Below are positions 8,811 to 18,125 of a stretch of 64,000 nucleotides of DNA, in pieces; position 1 is the stretch's first letter, and every line of letters begins with the position of its first letter. The translations under genes were made by a program, and so were the position numbers. Under the pieces are notes generated by a model. That model searched no databases and had not been told where the DNA came from. It saw only the letters and a program-made list of their open reading frames with translations. The DNA is from Verrucomicrobiota bacterium (GTDB lineage Bacteria; Verrucomicrobiota; Verrucomicrobiia; Limisphaerales; UBA8199): positions 4,604 through 68,603 of the forward strand of contig JBEKRX010000028.1 of assembly GCA_049518415.1 (NCBI GenBank). The letters are read 5' to 3'.

Positions 8811-11054
8811 TTGCATGATATGTTAATGCGTCCCTCATTGGCCGGACGCGTGTGCGCTCGACTCGACGCAGGGAAGCGCATGATTTATCGATTTCGACAC
8901 GGGATTATCGGGCCGTTAGCCATCTTTTGGCTGATCGTCACGGTAGCCAGCGTGGTGATGGGAGCGGTGGCCTGGAACCGCTTTTCCCGCAGCATCGACG
9001 CATCGGCTGAGGCCGAGCAGTTTCGCGAGTCGATGAATCAACTCTTCTCGGTTTTGCAGGACGCCGAGGCCAGCCAGCGAGGTTACCTACTGACGGGGAA
9101 CGGGGCTTACCGTGAAGCCTTCACGAACCTGGCCCGTACTTTCCCTGAGGCATTCGAGCGGCTGGCTGCGTCCGCGAGGCACGACCCGGCGGGGCAAACG
9201 GACTTAATCGAGCTGCGTCGTCTGGTTGACCTCGAACTGGCGGACCTGAGCCAAGCCATCGCGCGGCGCGCCGAGAAAGATCCCGCAGGGTCAGAGGTGG
9301 CCGCCAGTGCCGAGCAAACCAGGACGACGATGGACCGCATCCGTGAGATCATCAAACGGCGGCACGATAATCGGCTGGATTTCCTGTCCGCCGCCGGCGA
9401 GGCCACCCGCCACGAAATGAAATTGGTCCACCAAATGACCTGGATGGCCGGGTTGCTCGGGATTGGGGCGGGGTTGTTCGCGCTGTATTTTTACCGGATC
9501 GATTATTACCAGGAGCGAGCGCGGCGGGAGTTGCTGGAAGAGAAGCTGCACGCGGAGCAAGCGGTCCGGGAGAAGAGCGCCTTCCTGGCCAACATGAGCC
9601 ATGAGATTCGCAGCCCCATGAACGCGATTCTCGGTTTCAGCGAACTGTTGGAGCCGGAGGGGCTGACGCCGAAGCAATCGCAATATGTGCGGGCCATTCG
9701 CGACAGCGGCGCGGCGTTGCTGCATCTGATCAACGACATTCTGGACCTGTCCAAGCTCGAGGCGGGCAAGTTGGAACTGCACCCCGATCCCACGGATATG
9801 CGGGATTCGTGCGAGTTTCTGCGCACCGTTTTCGGGCAGCAGGCCGTAATGAAATCGCTCCAACTTCAGTTCGAGCTCTCACCCAACCTGCCCCGTGCGT
9901 TGTTGCTGGATCGCCTGCGGTTGCGCCAGGTGCTGGTGAACTTGCTCAGCAATGCCATTAAGTTCACCGACCGGGGTTGCGTTAAGACGCGAGTCTCCTG
10001 GGAAAGCCAGGGAGACAGCCGCAGCGGGACGCTGTTGATCGACGTGGAGGACACCGGCATCGGAATCCCGGCTGAGGAACTGGAGGAAGTTTTCAAACCT
10101 TTTGTTCAGGCGGACTCTCTGCGAACGGCGGAAAAGGAAGGAACCGGCATTGGGCTGACTATCGTCAAGCGCCTCACCGAGTTGATGGGGGGCAGCCTGG
10201 CTGTCAAGAGCGCGGTTGGCCAAGGCACGGTCTTCCACTTGCGTTTCGCGAATGTTCCCGTCTCGGGGCGGTTGCCGGTGGGAGATCACGCCGAACCGGG
10301 CGGAGCGGTGGACTTCAATGACTTCGCGCCGGCCACGCTGCTGATGGTGGATGACAACAAGACCAATCGAGCCTTGATGGCTGGGATATTTGAGAAGACC
10401 CATCACCAAGTCCATTTTGCCAACAACGGTCAGGAAGCGTTGGAGTGTCTGGGGAAGGCAAAGCCCGATGTGGTATTGCTGGATATCCGAATGCCGGTGA
10501 TGGACGGGCGGACGACCCTGGCGGAGATTCGCAAGCAAGCGAGTCTGGTGTCGCTGCCGGTCATCGCGGTCACTGCCTCGAGCAGGGCCGGCGAAGAGAC
10601 GGAGCTGCAGCGCCAGTTCAGCGGCTACATTCGCAAGCCCTTCTCGCGCCAAACGCTCTTTGTAGCGCTGGCTCAGTTTCTCCAAAGGGCCTCGCCCGGC
10701 AATGGACTGGAGAGTCAGAATCTCGGGGAAACCCTCCAGAGTATTCCCATCCCTTCGTCCGACCAGGCCGCTCAGTGGCAGGAACTGGCTCTGGAACTGC
10801 GCCGCCAGGAGGCAACCGAATGGCCGACGTTGCGGGAGAGCCTGGCGGTTAATGAGACGCGGGCCTTTGCGCACAAGCTCTTTCTCCTCGGCCAGGCGGC
10901 GCAATGTGGTCCACTGGCCACTTATGCCGCCACGCTCACGACGCTGGCCGACGCCTACGCCATCGGCCAAATGGAACGTCATCTGGCTGCGTTCCCCAAA
11001 CTGGTCGAGTCCATAGAAAGCTCTTTGGCCCAGGCCCAACTGCAACCAGTATGA
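8811..11054 (+). CDS. hybrid sensor histidine kinase (CHASE3-like sensor, HisKA, HATPase, receiver, HPt)
   Basis: CHASE3-like N-terminus (LQDAEASQRGYLLTGNGAYREAF) after one TM helix. H-box SHEIRSPMNAILGF, ATPase blocks (DTGIGIP, GTGIGLTIV), receiver (LLMVDDNKTNR, VVLLDIRMPVMDG, KPF) and an HPt-like helix (FAHKLFLLGQAAQCG). Start may be the ATG at 8880. Confidence 0.9.
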   Translation: MHDMLMRPSLAGRVCARLDAGKRMIYRFRHGIIGPLAIFWLIVTVASVVMGAVAWNRFSRSIDASAEAEQFRESMNQLFSVLQDAEASQRGYLLTGNGAYREAFTNLARTFPEAFERLAASARHDPAGQTDLIELRRLVDLELADLSQAIARRAEKDPAGSEVAASAEQTRTTMDRIREIIKRRHDNRLDFLSAAGEATRHEMKLVHQMTWMAGLLGIGAGLFALYFYRIDYYQERARRELLEEKLHAEQAVREKSAFLANMSHEIRSPMNAILGFSELLEPEGLTPKQSQYVRAIRDSGAALLHLINDILDLSKLEAGKLELHPDPTDMRDSCEFLRTVFGQQAVMKSLQLQFELSPNLPRALLLDRLRLRQVLVNLLSNAIKFTDRGCVKTRVSWESQGDSRSGTLLIDVEDTGIGIPAEELEEVFKPFVQADSLRTAEKEGTGIGLTIVKRLTELMGGSLAVKSAVGQGTVFHLRFANVPVSGRLPVGDHAEPGGAVDFNDFAPATLLMVDDNKTNRALMAGIFEKTHHQVHFANNGQEALECLGKAKPDVVLLDIRMPVMDGRTTLAEIRKQASLVSLPVIAVTASSRAGEETELQRQFSGYIRKPFSRQTLFVALAQFLQRASPGNGLESQNLGETLQSIPIPSSDQAAQWQELALELRRQEATEWPTLRESLAVNETRAFAHKLFLLGQAAQCGPLATYAATLTTLADAYAIGQMERHLAAFPKLVESIESSLAQAQLQPV

Positions 11055-11067
11055 GAGGAAGCCGCCT

Positions 11068-12207
11068 GTGCCTGGCGCAGAGTTCCAAATGAATGCTCCC
11101 ATCATAGAAACGAACACTGGCTGCCTGCTCGTCGTCGATGACCAGGAGCTCAACATCCAGGTCATCGGCGCTGCCCTGGGCCAGCTTGGGTTCGAGATTC
11201 TGCCGGCGACCGGCGGAGCGCAGGCCTTCCAGCGGTTGGCGGTCCGGCGACCCGACCTCATCCTGCTCGATCTGCTAATGCCGGACATCGACGGATTCGA
11301 GGTTTGCCGCCGAATTCGCGAGAACGTGGATTGGGCTGAGATTCCCATCATTTTCCTTTCTTCGGCGGACGACAAGGGCCTGATCGTTCGGGCGCTGGAA
11401 AGCGGCGGCGTGGACTACATCACCAAGCCCTTCAACCACGCCGAATTGGTGACGCGCGTCCGCACCCACCTGGCGCTCAAAAAGGCCCGCGACGAGTTGA
11501 AGCAACTCGCCGAGGACCGGGATGAATTGCTCGGCATCCTTACCCACGACCTCAAGAACCATCTGGGCGGCATGGACATGAGCGCCCAATTGCTCCGTGA
11601 CCGTACCGAGGCGATGGCGGACCCCAAATTGCGGCTGATGGCGGAGAATATCTCGCATTCGAGCAGCCAGATGCTCGCCTTCGTGAAAGAGTTTTTAGCC
11701 AATGCTTCGGCGGACCACGGCCTGAACCTCAAGACCGAGCCGGTCAATCTATCGGCTGCGGCCGCTCGCGCGGTCCAACAACACCAGGAGGCGGCTAAGG
11801 GCAAGCAACTCGTTTTTAAGGTCGTTCTCCCGCCCAACGGCGTGCTCGTGCAGGCCGATGGCGCCGCCCTCAACCAAGTGCTCGATAATCTCCTGTCCAA
11901 CGCCATCAAGTTTTCTCCGCCCGGCAAGCAGATTCGCCTCACGGTCTGCCCGCCGGGTGCCAGGTACGTGGAATGCCAGGTTCAGGATGAAGGGCCCGGG
12001 TTCAGCGAAAACGATAAGGTGCGGATGTTTCGCCGCTATGGCCGCCTTTCGGCGCGGCCCACGGGAGGCGAGCCTTCCACCGGCCTGGGACTGAGCATCG
12101 TCAAGAAGCTCGTGCTGGCGATGCATGGTGAATTGGCTTGCGAAAGCACGCCGGGCAACGGCGCTACGTTCGCCTTCCGCTTGCCACGCGCTGTCACCCC
12201 GCAGTGA
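11068..12207 (+). CDS. receiver-domain histidine kinase (REC-HisKA-HATPase)
   Basis: LLVVDDQELN, LILLDLLMPDIDG and KPF form the receiver. It is followed by the H-box LTHDLKNHLGG and ATPase blocks (DEGPGFS, GLGLSIVK). Alternative ATG start at 11089. Confidence 0.9.
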   Translation: MPGAEFQMNAPIIETNTGCLLVVDDQELNIQVIGAALGQLGFEILPATGGAQAFQRLAVRRPDLILLDLLMPDIDGFEVCRRIRENVDWAEIPIIFLSSADDKGLIVRALESGGVDYITKPFNHAELVTRVRTHLALKKARDELKQLAEDRDELLGILTHDLKNHLGGMDMSAQLLRDRTEAMADPKLRLMAENISHSSSQMLAFVKEFLANASADHGLNLKTEPVNLSAAAARAVQQHQEAAKGKQLVFKVVLPPNGVLVQADGAALNQVLDNLLSNAIKFSPPGKQIRLTVCPPGARYVECQVQDEGPGFSENDKVRMFRRYGRLSARPTGGEPSTGLGLSIVKKLVLAMHGELACESTPGNGATFAFRLPRAVTPQ

Positions 12208-12345
12208 TCTGCAATCCTATGAGCAAACTCAAAACCCCAGCGCCGGATGCCAATGATGCAGCGCAGATTTCTCCCGCTTCGGAAGCGGGAGAAATCTGCG
12301 CTGTGGGGATGAAGGCGGCGCCAGGAGCAGGACTTGCTTGAGCCT

Positions 12346-13710
12346 ATGGACTTCCTGGTGATCGACGACGACAAGACGTTCCGGGACGCGACGTGCTTGC
12401 TCATCGACGGCGAAGGCCATTACGCGGAAGCCGCCTGCTCTGGAGAGTTGGGCCTCACGGAATTAAAGGAAGGGAAATTCGATGCGGTCCTTCTGGATCT
12501 TAATCTTGGGCCGGAAAAAGGCCTCGACATCCTTGAGCAGATTCTCAAGCGGCAGCCCAACCTGCCGGTGGTGATGTTCACCGCGCAGGGCAGCGTGAAA
12601 AACGCGGTGGAGGCCATGCGGCGCGGCGCGGTGGATTTTTTGGAAAAGCCGTTCACCCGCGAACAGTTTCATCTGGTGCTCGCCCGGGTGCAGCGCTTCC
12701 ACGAGCTCAACCAGAACATCGAGCGGTTGGAACGGGAAATTAAGGACAGCAACGCTCAGAGTCCTGAGATTCTTTTGGATTCCAGCCTGCCACTGATGAA
12801 AGAGGTGATGGACGCCCTGCTGCGAGCGGCGAAAACACCGGCCTCAATTCTGATCCTGGGCGAAAGCGGCACCGGCAAGAGCGTGATGGCCCGCGCCGTG
12901 CACCAGCAAAGCCATCTGGCGGATCGGCCTTTTATTACCGTGAGCTGTCCGAGTCTGTCCAAGGAACTGCTGGAAAGCGAACTGTTCGGCCACGTCAAAG
13001 GCGCGTTCACCGGCGCCCTGCGGGACCATTGGGGCAAAGTCAAAGCCGTCGCGGGCGGGACCCTTTTCCTCGACGAGATCGGCGACCTGCCGATGGAAAT
13101 CCAGCCCAAGTTGCTTCGCCTTCTTCAAGAACGTGAATACGAGCGGGTGGGCGAGAATGTCACGCGCCAGGCCGAGGTGCGCATCATCGCCGCCACCAGC
13201 CGCGATCTTAAGCGGCGCGTCGCCGAGGGCGCCTTCCGGGAAGACCTGTATTTTCGGCTCAATGTTATCACGGCGGAAATGCCTCCCCTCCGCCAGCGCC
13301 AAGGCGACCTCATTCGCTTTGCCGGGCATTACTTCAAGCATTTTGCCGCTCTCTGTGGGCGCCGTCTGGATGGTTTTTCCGAAGAGGCTTCTGCCGCCAT
13401 CCGTGCCTACTCCTGGCCGGGCAACCTCCGTGAGTTGCGCAACGCCATCGAACGCGCTGTGATTATGGTCAAAGGAAACAAGATTAACCTGGAAGACCTC
13501 CCCGCGGAATTGCGCGGCCAGACAGTTGCCGGAGCCAATGGCAGCGCTGCCGCCTTGCAGGTTGGCGCGTTGGTTTCCATGGAGCAATTGGAGGAAGCGC
13601 ACCTGCGCAAAGTGCTGGAACGAACCTCCAACCTGGCCGAAGCGGCTCAGGTCCTGGGGATTGATCAAGCCACGCTCTACCGGAAACGTAAAAGAATGGG
13701 ATTGGAATAA
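12346..13710 (+). CDS. sigma-54-dependent response regulator (NtrC/Fis family)
   Basis: Receiver (FLVIDDDKTFRD, AVLLDLNLG). AAA+ sigma-54 interaction domain (GESGTGKSVMARAVH, ESELFGHVKGAFTGA). C-terminal Fis-type HTH (AAQVLGIDQATLYRKRKRMGL). ATG at 12346 preferred over TTG at 12334. Confidence 0.9.
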   Translation: MDFLVIDDDKTFRDATCLLIDGEGHYAEAACSGELGLTELKEGKFDAVLLDLNLGPEKGLDILEQILKRQPNLPVVMFTAQGSVKNAVEAMRRGAVDFLEKPFTREQFHLVLARVQRFHELNQNIERLEREIKDSNAQSPEILLDSSLPLMKEVMDALLRAAKTPASILILGESGTGKSVMARAVHQQSHLADRPFITVSCPSLSKELLESELFGHVKGAFTGALRDHWGKVKAVAGGTLFLDEIGDLPMEIQPKLLRLLQEREYERVGENVTRQAEVRIIAATSRDLKRRVAEGAFREDLYFRLNVITAEMPPLRQRQGDLIRFAGHYFKHFAALCGRRLDGFSEEASAAIRAYSWPGNLRELRNAIERAVIMVKGNKINLEDLPAELRGQTVAGANGSAAALQVGALVSMEQLEEAHLRKVLERTSNLAEAAQVLGIDQATLYRKRKRMGLE

Positions 13711-13931
13711 TGGCTTTGACGGATGCAGGGTTTTGCCACTGGTAACAGCCCAGTGCTTCTTGCGCTTCCTGCCCGCCGGGCGAGTTAACTCCGCCAATTC
13801 CGGCATTTCCCAACTCATTTTTCCTGCGGCGATTTCAAGCAGCGCGACGCCCGCTACGACGCCTGCCTGTCGGCAGGCAGGCCAGTTCGGTTATCGGCCA
13901 TGCTTGAGCCTGGTTGATGCCTGCCCCCGCC

Positions 13932-15749
13932 TCACGGCCAGCGCAGGCGGTAGAAACGGCCAGGATAATGCGTCCACTGGGGATCGCTGAAATAGAACGA
14001 GTCGCCGGTGAGGGTGTTCGTGGCCAGCGGATACCAGGTGGGATTGGCGAGATTCGTGCTGGCCTCCACCACGACGACGAGATCGGAGGTGCCGGTAATA
14101 TTGAACCCAAATTGATTGGTCCGCACACCAAAGTTGGGGTCGCTGGTTTGCACCTGGGGGTTCCACAGCAAGGCTGGGAGACCGGCGAAAGGGGAACTCC
14201 AGCCCGTGGTCCCAGGCAAGTAATAGACGGTCGCGTTGTTGTCACCGTAGAACGGAACCGAGCCAACGCTGGGGGCGTTACCCTTGAAATAGACCCCCGT
14301 CAGGTTGGTGCAGCCCTCGAACGCCCCGCTCCCGATGTTGGTGACGCTGTTGCCTATCGTGACGCTGGTCAGGCTGGTGCAGCCTTCGAACGCCCCGCTC
14401 CCGATGTTGGTGACGCTGTTGCCTATCGTGACGCTGGTCAGGCTGGTGCAGGAATAAAAGGCAGACCCGATGCTGGTGACGCTGTTGGCAATCGTGTAAC
14501 TTCCAGCTTTGCCCCCCGGATATTGAATGAGCGTGGTCTGGCTCTTGTTGAACAAGACCCCATCCACACTGCTATAGAAAGAGTTGAGCGCATCGACCGT
14601 TATCGCTGTCAGGCTGGTGCAGTCCTCGAACGCAGCGACCCCGATGTTGGTGACGCTGTTCGGGATCGTGACGCTGGTGAGGCTGTTGCAGAATACGAAC
14701 GCCCCCCACCCGATGCTGGTGACGCTGTTGCCTATCGTGACGCTGGTCAGGCTGGTGCAGTAATAGAACGCCTCGCCTCCGATGCTGGTGACGCCGTTGG
14801 GGATTATGACGCTGGTCAGGCTGGTGCAGCCCTCGAACGCAAAGGCCCCGATGCTGGTGACGCTGTTGCCTATCGTGACGCTGGTCAGGCTGGTGCAGTT
14901 ATCGAACGCATAGTTTTCGATGTTGGTGACGCTGTTGGGGATTATGACGTTGGTCAGGTTGGTGCAGCCCTCGAACGCGCAGGCCCCGATGTCGGTGACA
15001 CCGTTTCCTACTGTGACGCTGGTCAGGCTGGTGCAGAGAGAGAACGCAGCGTATTCGATGCTGATGACGCCGTTGCCTATCGTCACGCTGGTCAGGCTGA
15101 TGCAGCCCTCGAACGCCCCCCACCCGATGCTGGTGACGCTGTTGGGGATTATGACGCTGGTCAGGCTGAAGCAGCAATAGAACGCCTGGTCTCCGATGTT
15201 GGTGACGCTGTTGGGGATTATGACGCTGGTCAGGTTGGTGCAGTAAAAGAACGCCAAGTCCGCGATGTTGGTAACGCTGTTGGGGACCGTGTAGCTTCCG
15301 GCTTTGCCCCCCGGACATTGGATGAGCGTCGTCTGGCTCTTGTTGAACAAGACCCCATCCACACTGCTGTAGAAAGAGTTGAGCGCATCGACCGTTATCG
15401 CTGTCAGGCTGGTGCAGTCCTCGAACGCAGCGACCCCGATGTTGGTGACGCTGTTCGGGATCGTGACGCTGGTGAGGCTGTTGCAGCCATCGAACGCCCG
15501 GTGCCCGATGCTGGTGACCAGCAAGCCATTGATCGTGCTGGGGATGGTCACATCACCGCCAGGACCGGTGTATCCTGTGATGGTGATGGTGCCATTGTTG
15601 GTCGTGTAATAGTAATCCTGGGCTTCCACCGTGGCAGGCAGCGTCAACAGCAACAGCAACGGCAGCAGCCTCGTGGCGCAGGCGGTTCTTGAACGTGTGG
15701 CCTTAGCCTTCGGGCAGGCCGTTCCCGCAATGGAGGTTTCTGTTTTCAT
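13932..15749 (-). CDS. secreted BspA-type leucine-rich-repeat protein
   Basis: Signal-like N-terminus (RLLPLLLLLTLPATVEAQ), then more than 20 units of a 23-aa repeat (IPNSVTNIGxxAFxxCTSLTSVT). A non-repeat C-terminal domain ends in FYRLRWP. ATG at 15749 chosen so that the signal peptide is N-terminal. Confidence 0.85.
   Translation of the reverse strand: MKTETSIAGTACPKAKATRSRTACATRLLPLLLLLTLPATVEAQDYYYTTNNGTITITGYTGPGGDVTIPSTINGLLVTSIGHRAFDGCNSLTSVTIPNSVTNIGVAAFEDCTSLTAITVDALNSFYSSVDGVLFNKSQTTLIQCPGGKAGSYTVPNSVTNIADLAFFYCTNLTSVIIPNSVTNIGDQAFYCCFSLTSVIIPNSVTSIGWGAFEGCISLTSVTIGNGVISIEYAAFSLCTSLTSVTVGNGVTDIGACAFEGCTNLTNVIIPNSVTNIENYAFDNCTSLTSVTIGNSVTSIGAFAFEGCTSLTSVIIPNGVTSIGGEAFYYCTSLTSVTIGNSVTSIGWGAFVFCNSLTSVTIPNSVTNIGVAAFEDCTSLTAITVDALNSFYSSVDGVLFNKSQTTLIQYPGGKAGSYTIANSVTSIGSAFYSCTSLTSVTIGNSVTNIGSGAFEGCTSLTSVTIGNSVTNIGSGAFEGCTNLTGVYFKGNAPSVGSVPFYGDNNATVYYLPGTTGWSSPFAGLPALLWNPQVQTSDPNFGVRTNQFGFNITGTSDLVVVVEASTNLANPTWYPLATNTLTGDSFYFSDPQWTHYPGRFYRLRWP
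14538..14691. repeat. 154-nt intragenic duplicate, copy 1 (LRR gene)
   Basis: Differs at a single position (gctatagaaa vs gctgtagaaa) from 15333-15486, 795 nt away in the same reading frame. Confidence 0.9.
15333..15486. repeat. 154-nt intragenic duplicate, copy 2 (LRR gene)
   Basis: Near-identical to 14538-14691. Weaker similarity extends about 35 nt further to lower coordinates in both copies. Confidence 0.9.
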
Positions 15750-15887
15750 AGTTTTCCGCCTGCTAAATTGATGGCTGATAAATAGCAGGAATGCGGGAGG
15801 ACGCGCAACTGGATTCCAGGAAATCGGCGGCGGCGAAGACCTGGCGGCGCTGGCCCACTCCGCCACGGCCCGCTACGGTCGCCAGTA

Positions 15888-15973
15888 TCAGACGCTGTTC
15901 GCTCGCGGCAGGGACACGTCCACCGGCCAGAACGTGGGCGCCATCCTGGACTCGTCCAGCGGATGGGGCGTTT
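15888..15973 (+). repeat. gene-end fragment repeat, copy 1
   Basis: tcagacgctgttcgctcgcggcagggacacgtc...aacgtgggcgccatcctggactcgtccagcggatggggcgtt translates as QTLFARGRDTS..NVGAILDSSSGWGV. Paralogous to 17035-17111, with a 9-nt (3-codon) insertion relative to that copy. Confidence 0.7.
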
Positions 15974-16146
15974 TCGGCAGTCGCCCGCAGCATACTTCCG
16001 AGGGCGGACAAGCAGGAGGCGGGACCGCCGCAGTTGAAGGGGCGAGGGGGATGCGGGAAGATTTGCCGACCAGCCCGACAGGCGATGTTTCCCATCACCT
16101 GCCAGAAGACCCCAGCTCGGCGCTGGCGAGGCCGCGGCTAGGCTCC

Positions 16147-16374
16147 TCAGGCGCCGGAGAGCGTCCCACCGGTATGATGCTGCGGAGTTTTTGTCACGGC
16201 ACCATAACCAGATTCGATTTCAAGAAATTTTCGACCTTCGGCTTTGCCAGCTTCATAGTTGGGGTCGCTGGGAGAGAACAGCGAGATGATGGCCCCACTG
16301 ACCACGACGAGCACAATCAGCCCCAATCCGTAATGCGCAATCTCCTCCAAGCAACCCAAATCCTCCCTTTGCAT
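16147..16374 (-). CDS. small hypothetical membrane protein
   Basis: 75-aa ORF with one hydrophobic helix (YGLGLIVLVVVSGAIISLF). Locally lower GC. No homology recognised. Confidence 0.35.
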   Translation of the reverse strand: MQREDLGCLEEIAHYGLGLIVLVVVSGAIISLFSPSDPNYEAGKAEGRKFLEIESGYGAVTKTPQHHTGGTLSGA

Positions 16375-16489
16375 CGGCTAAGCCTTTGCCAGTCCCCCAG
16401 GAAGGATGGTCGATTTTGGGCTGCCGACTTTGGGCTTTACAATTTGAAGCGGCGGCAGTAATCTTTGTTTCGTTAGCTGGAGCAAATGA

Positions 16490-16936
16490 ATGAGAATTGA
16501 AACACTCGCGCTCTTGATAATAGGGACAGCGTTCGGTTGCAGGATTTTCGTGTGGCTGAGGGAGGCAACCCGCACTCCTGACCCTTGGGGACCTGAGGTG
16601 GAGGAGGCGGTTGAAGCGGAAGATGCGACGCCGTTATGCCCTCATTGCCTGGCTCCTCAGGAACACAACGGTTGGTTTTGCCCGGAGTGCGGCCACACCT
16701 GCGGGCAATACGGTAATTATCTGCCCAGTGTTTACATTTTCTCCATCGGCCAAGGAGTCAGAGGCGGAGTTGAGCAACGTAACCCGTGGAGTCCTCTTGT
16801 GACGGCGGGTTATGTTTTCATCGCGCTGGGCTACTTTACCGTGGTCGCGCCGGTATATTGCCTGTTCCTTTTCATAAACCGCTCACGTAGTAGGCGTCTG
16901 CAAGAGGCTGAAGCCAACGCATCGGAAGCAATTTGA
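16490..16936 (+). CDS. zinc-ribbon membrane protein, hypothetical
   Basis: 148-aa ORF with an N-terminal TM helix, a CPHC...CPEC zinc-ribbon pair and a C-terminal TM segment (YVFIALGYFTVVAPVYCLFLF). Visibly AT-richer than the flanks. Confidence 0.5.
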   Translation: MRIETLALLIIGTAFGCRIFVWLREATRTPDPWGPEVEEAVEAEDATPLCPHCLAPQEHNGWFCPECGHTCGQYGNYLPSVYIFSIGQGVRGGVEQRNPWSPLVTAGYVFIALGYFTVVAPVYCLFLFINRSRSRRLQEAEANASEAI

Positions 16937-17034
16937 ACCGTGCGTCCGTAGGAACGAATCCTGGCAGTTTTGATCCGCTTGCCCGGCGCACAAATACCGA
17001 CGGCTCCGGCTGCCTTTCGGGCAGCCGGAACGAT

Positions 17035-17111
17035 TCAGACGCTGTTCGCTCGCGGCAAGGACACGTCGAACGTGGGCGCGGTCCTCGACACGTCCAGCGG
17101 GTGGGGCGTTT
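17035..17111 (+). repeat. gene-end fragment repeat, copy 2
   Basis: Translates as QTLFARGKDTSNVGAVLDTSSGWGV followed by TAG at 17111-17113. Its reading frame is closed upstream by TAG at 16949, so it is an orphan 3' fragment. Confidence 0.7.
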
Positions 17112-17383
17112 AGGGCAGGCCGTCGAGGGTGTCGGACCTGGAGCGCGAGCTGTCCAAGCACCTGGTCGTGCGGCTCACCAACGCCGCGACATCGATGGAC
17201 ATCTGCGTCGTCCACCTGCGCAGGCCGATCGGCAGCGACGGCGTCGAGAAGTAGCGGAACCAGTGCCGAGCGCTGCTGCGGTGGGCGATGCGGCACCTGG
17301 CCAAGAACCGCAAGGCCAACGTGCGGCGCGATGTAGCTGTCCGGGGAAGGCAGGATTGTTCTGAATCCGCGTTTGCAAAACTG

Positions 17384-17857
17384 CTAAACGGTCGTCTTGT
17401 CCTTGGATTGCTTGCCCGTGATCTGTTCAATGACCACCCGCCACAACCGGATTTTACCGAGTGACGTTTCCGGGAAGCGCCATTCCCGCCCCGAATAATG
17501 TCTCATAATTTGATTCAGCGCATGGAGTCGGCGCTGAGGATCGGTCACTTCTTCAATCCGCCCAAATCCGATCACACTGAAGAAAGAAAATGACCAGTGA
17601 CAGGGATTGGAGTCGTGCGAAACGAGCCTGACCTCATGCTCCAACTCGAAGCACACCCGATCATTGAAGGCCATAAAGTCGATTTTCATGCCCTCGGGAG
17701 CGGTGTGGAAATAAAGGCACGTTCCATCATAGCCAAAGGACAGAGGAACGATGTAGGGCGTTTTGTCCTTGCACAATCCCAAGCGGCAAATCTGGGCTTG
17801 GGCCATGATTTGACCAATCAGTTGCTCGCTCGTGATTTCTTTGTCGCTGCGTCTCAT
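17384..17857 (-). CDS. pyridoxamine 5'-phosphate oxidase-family (FMN-binding split-barrel) protein
   Basis: 157-aa ORF. MRRSDKEITSEQLIGQIMAQAQICRLGLCKDKTPYIVPLSFGYDG...LYFHTAPEGMK is typical of the Pyridox_ox_2/NimA-like group. Confidence 0.8.
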   Translation of the reverse strand: MRRSDKEITSEQLIGQIMAQAQICRLGLCKDKTPYIVPLSFGYDGTCLYFHTAPEGMKIDFMAFNDRVCFELEHEVRLVSHDSNPCHWSFSFFSVIGFGRIEEVTDPQRRLHALNQIMRHYSGREWRFPETSLGKIRLWRVVIEQITGKQSKDKTTV

Positions 17858-18125
17858 GACGTGTAATCATCTTCGTTCCCTGCCAGCACCCTAGCTTGAG
17901 CCCTTGGCCAGCCGAAATCAACATCTTCGACGGGCATTTCACGGGCGCAAGTAGGCGCAGCCAAATGGCTTGCGCGGGTGTCTTGTCGCGGCAAATCCAC
18001 CGCCGCGGCCGGTTACAGCCAGGCCTCCTTCTCAAGGATCGTCGGCTTGCCGTCGCTCTTCCACAGGGCTTTGACGCCAACTCGGAAGCCGCCGACGCCA
18101 AATGTGCCGGTTGATCCCGGTCTGG

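Noticed and set aside
9879-11375. 498-aa minus-strand ORF over the kinase genes
   Set aside because: It is antisense to two genes with H-box, ATPase and receiver motifs.
13914-15692. 592-aa plus-strand ORF with a DAGDAVAYRDAGQAGA-type repeat
   Set aside because: It is the antisense translation of the LRR repeats. The minus-strand frame has a signal peptide and a canonical BspA-type LRR consensus, whereas this frame is a low-complexity mirror.
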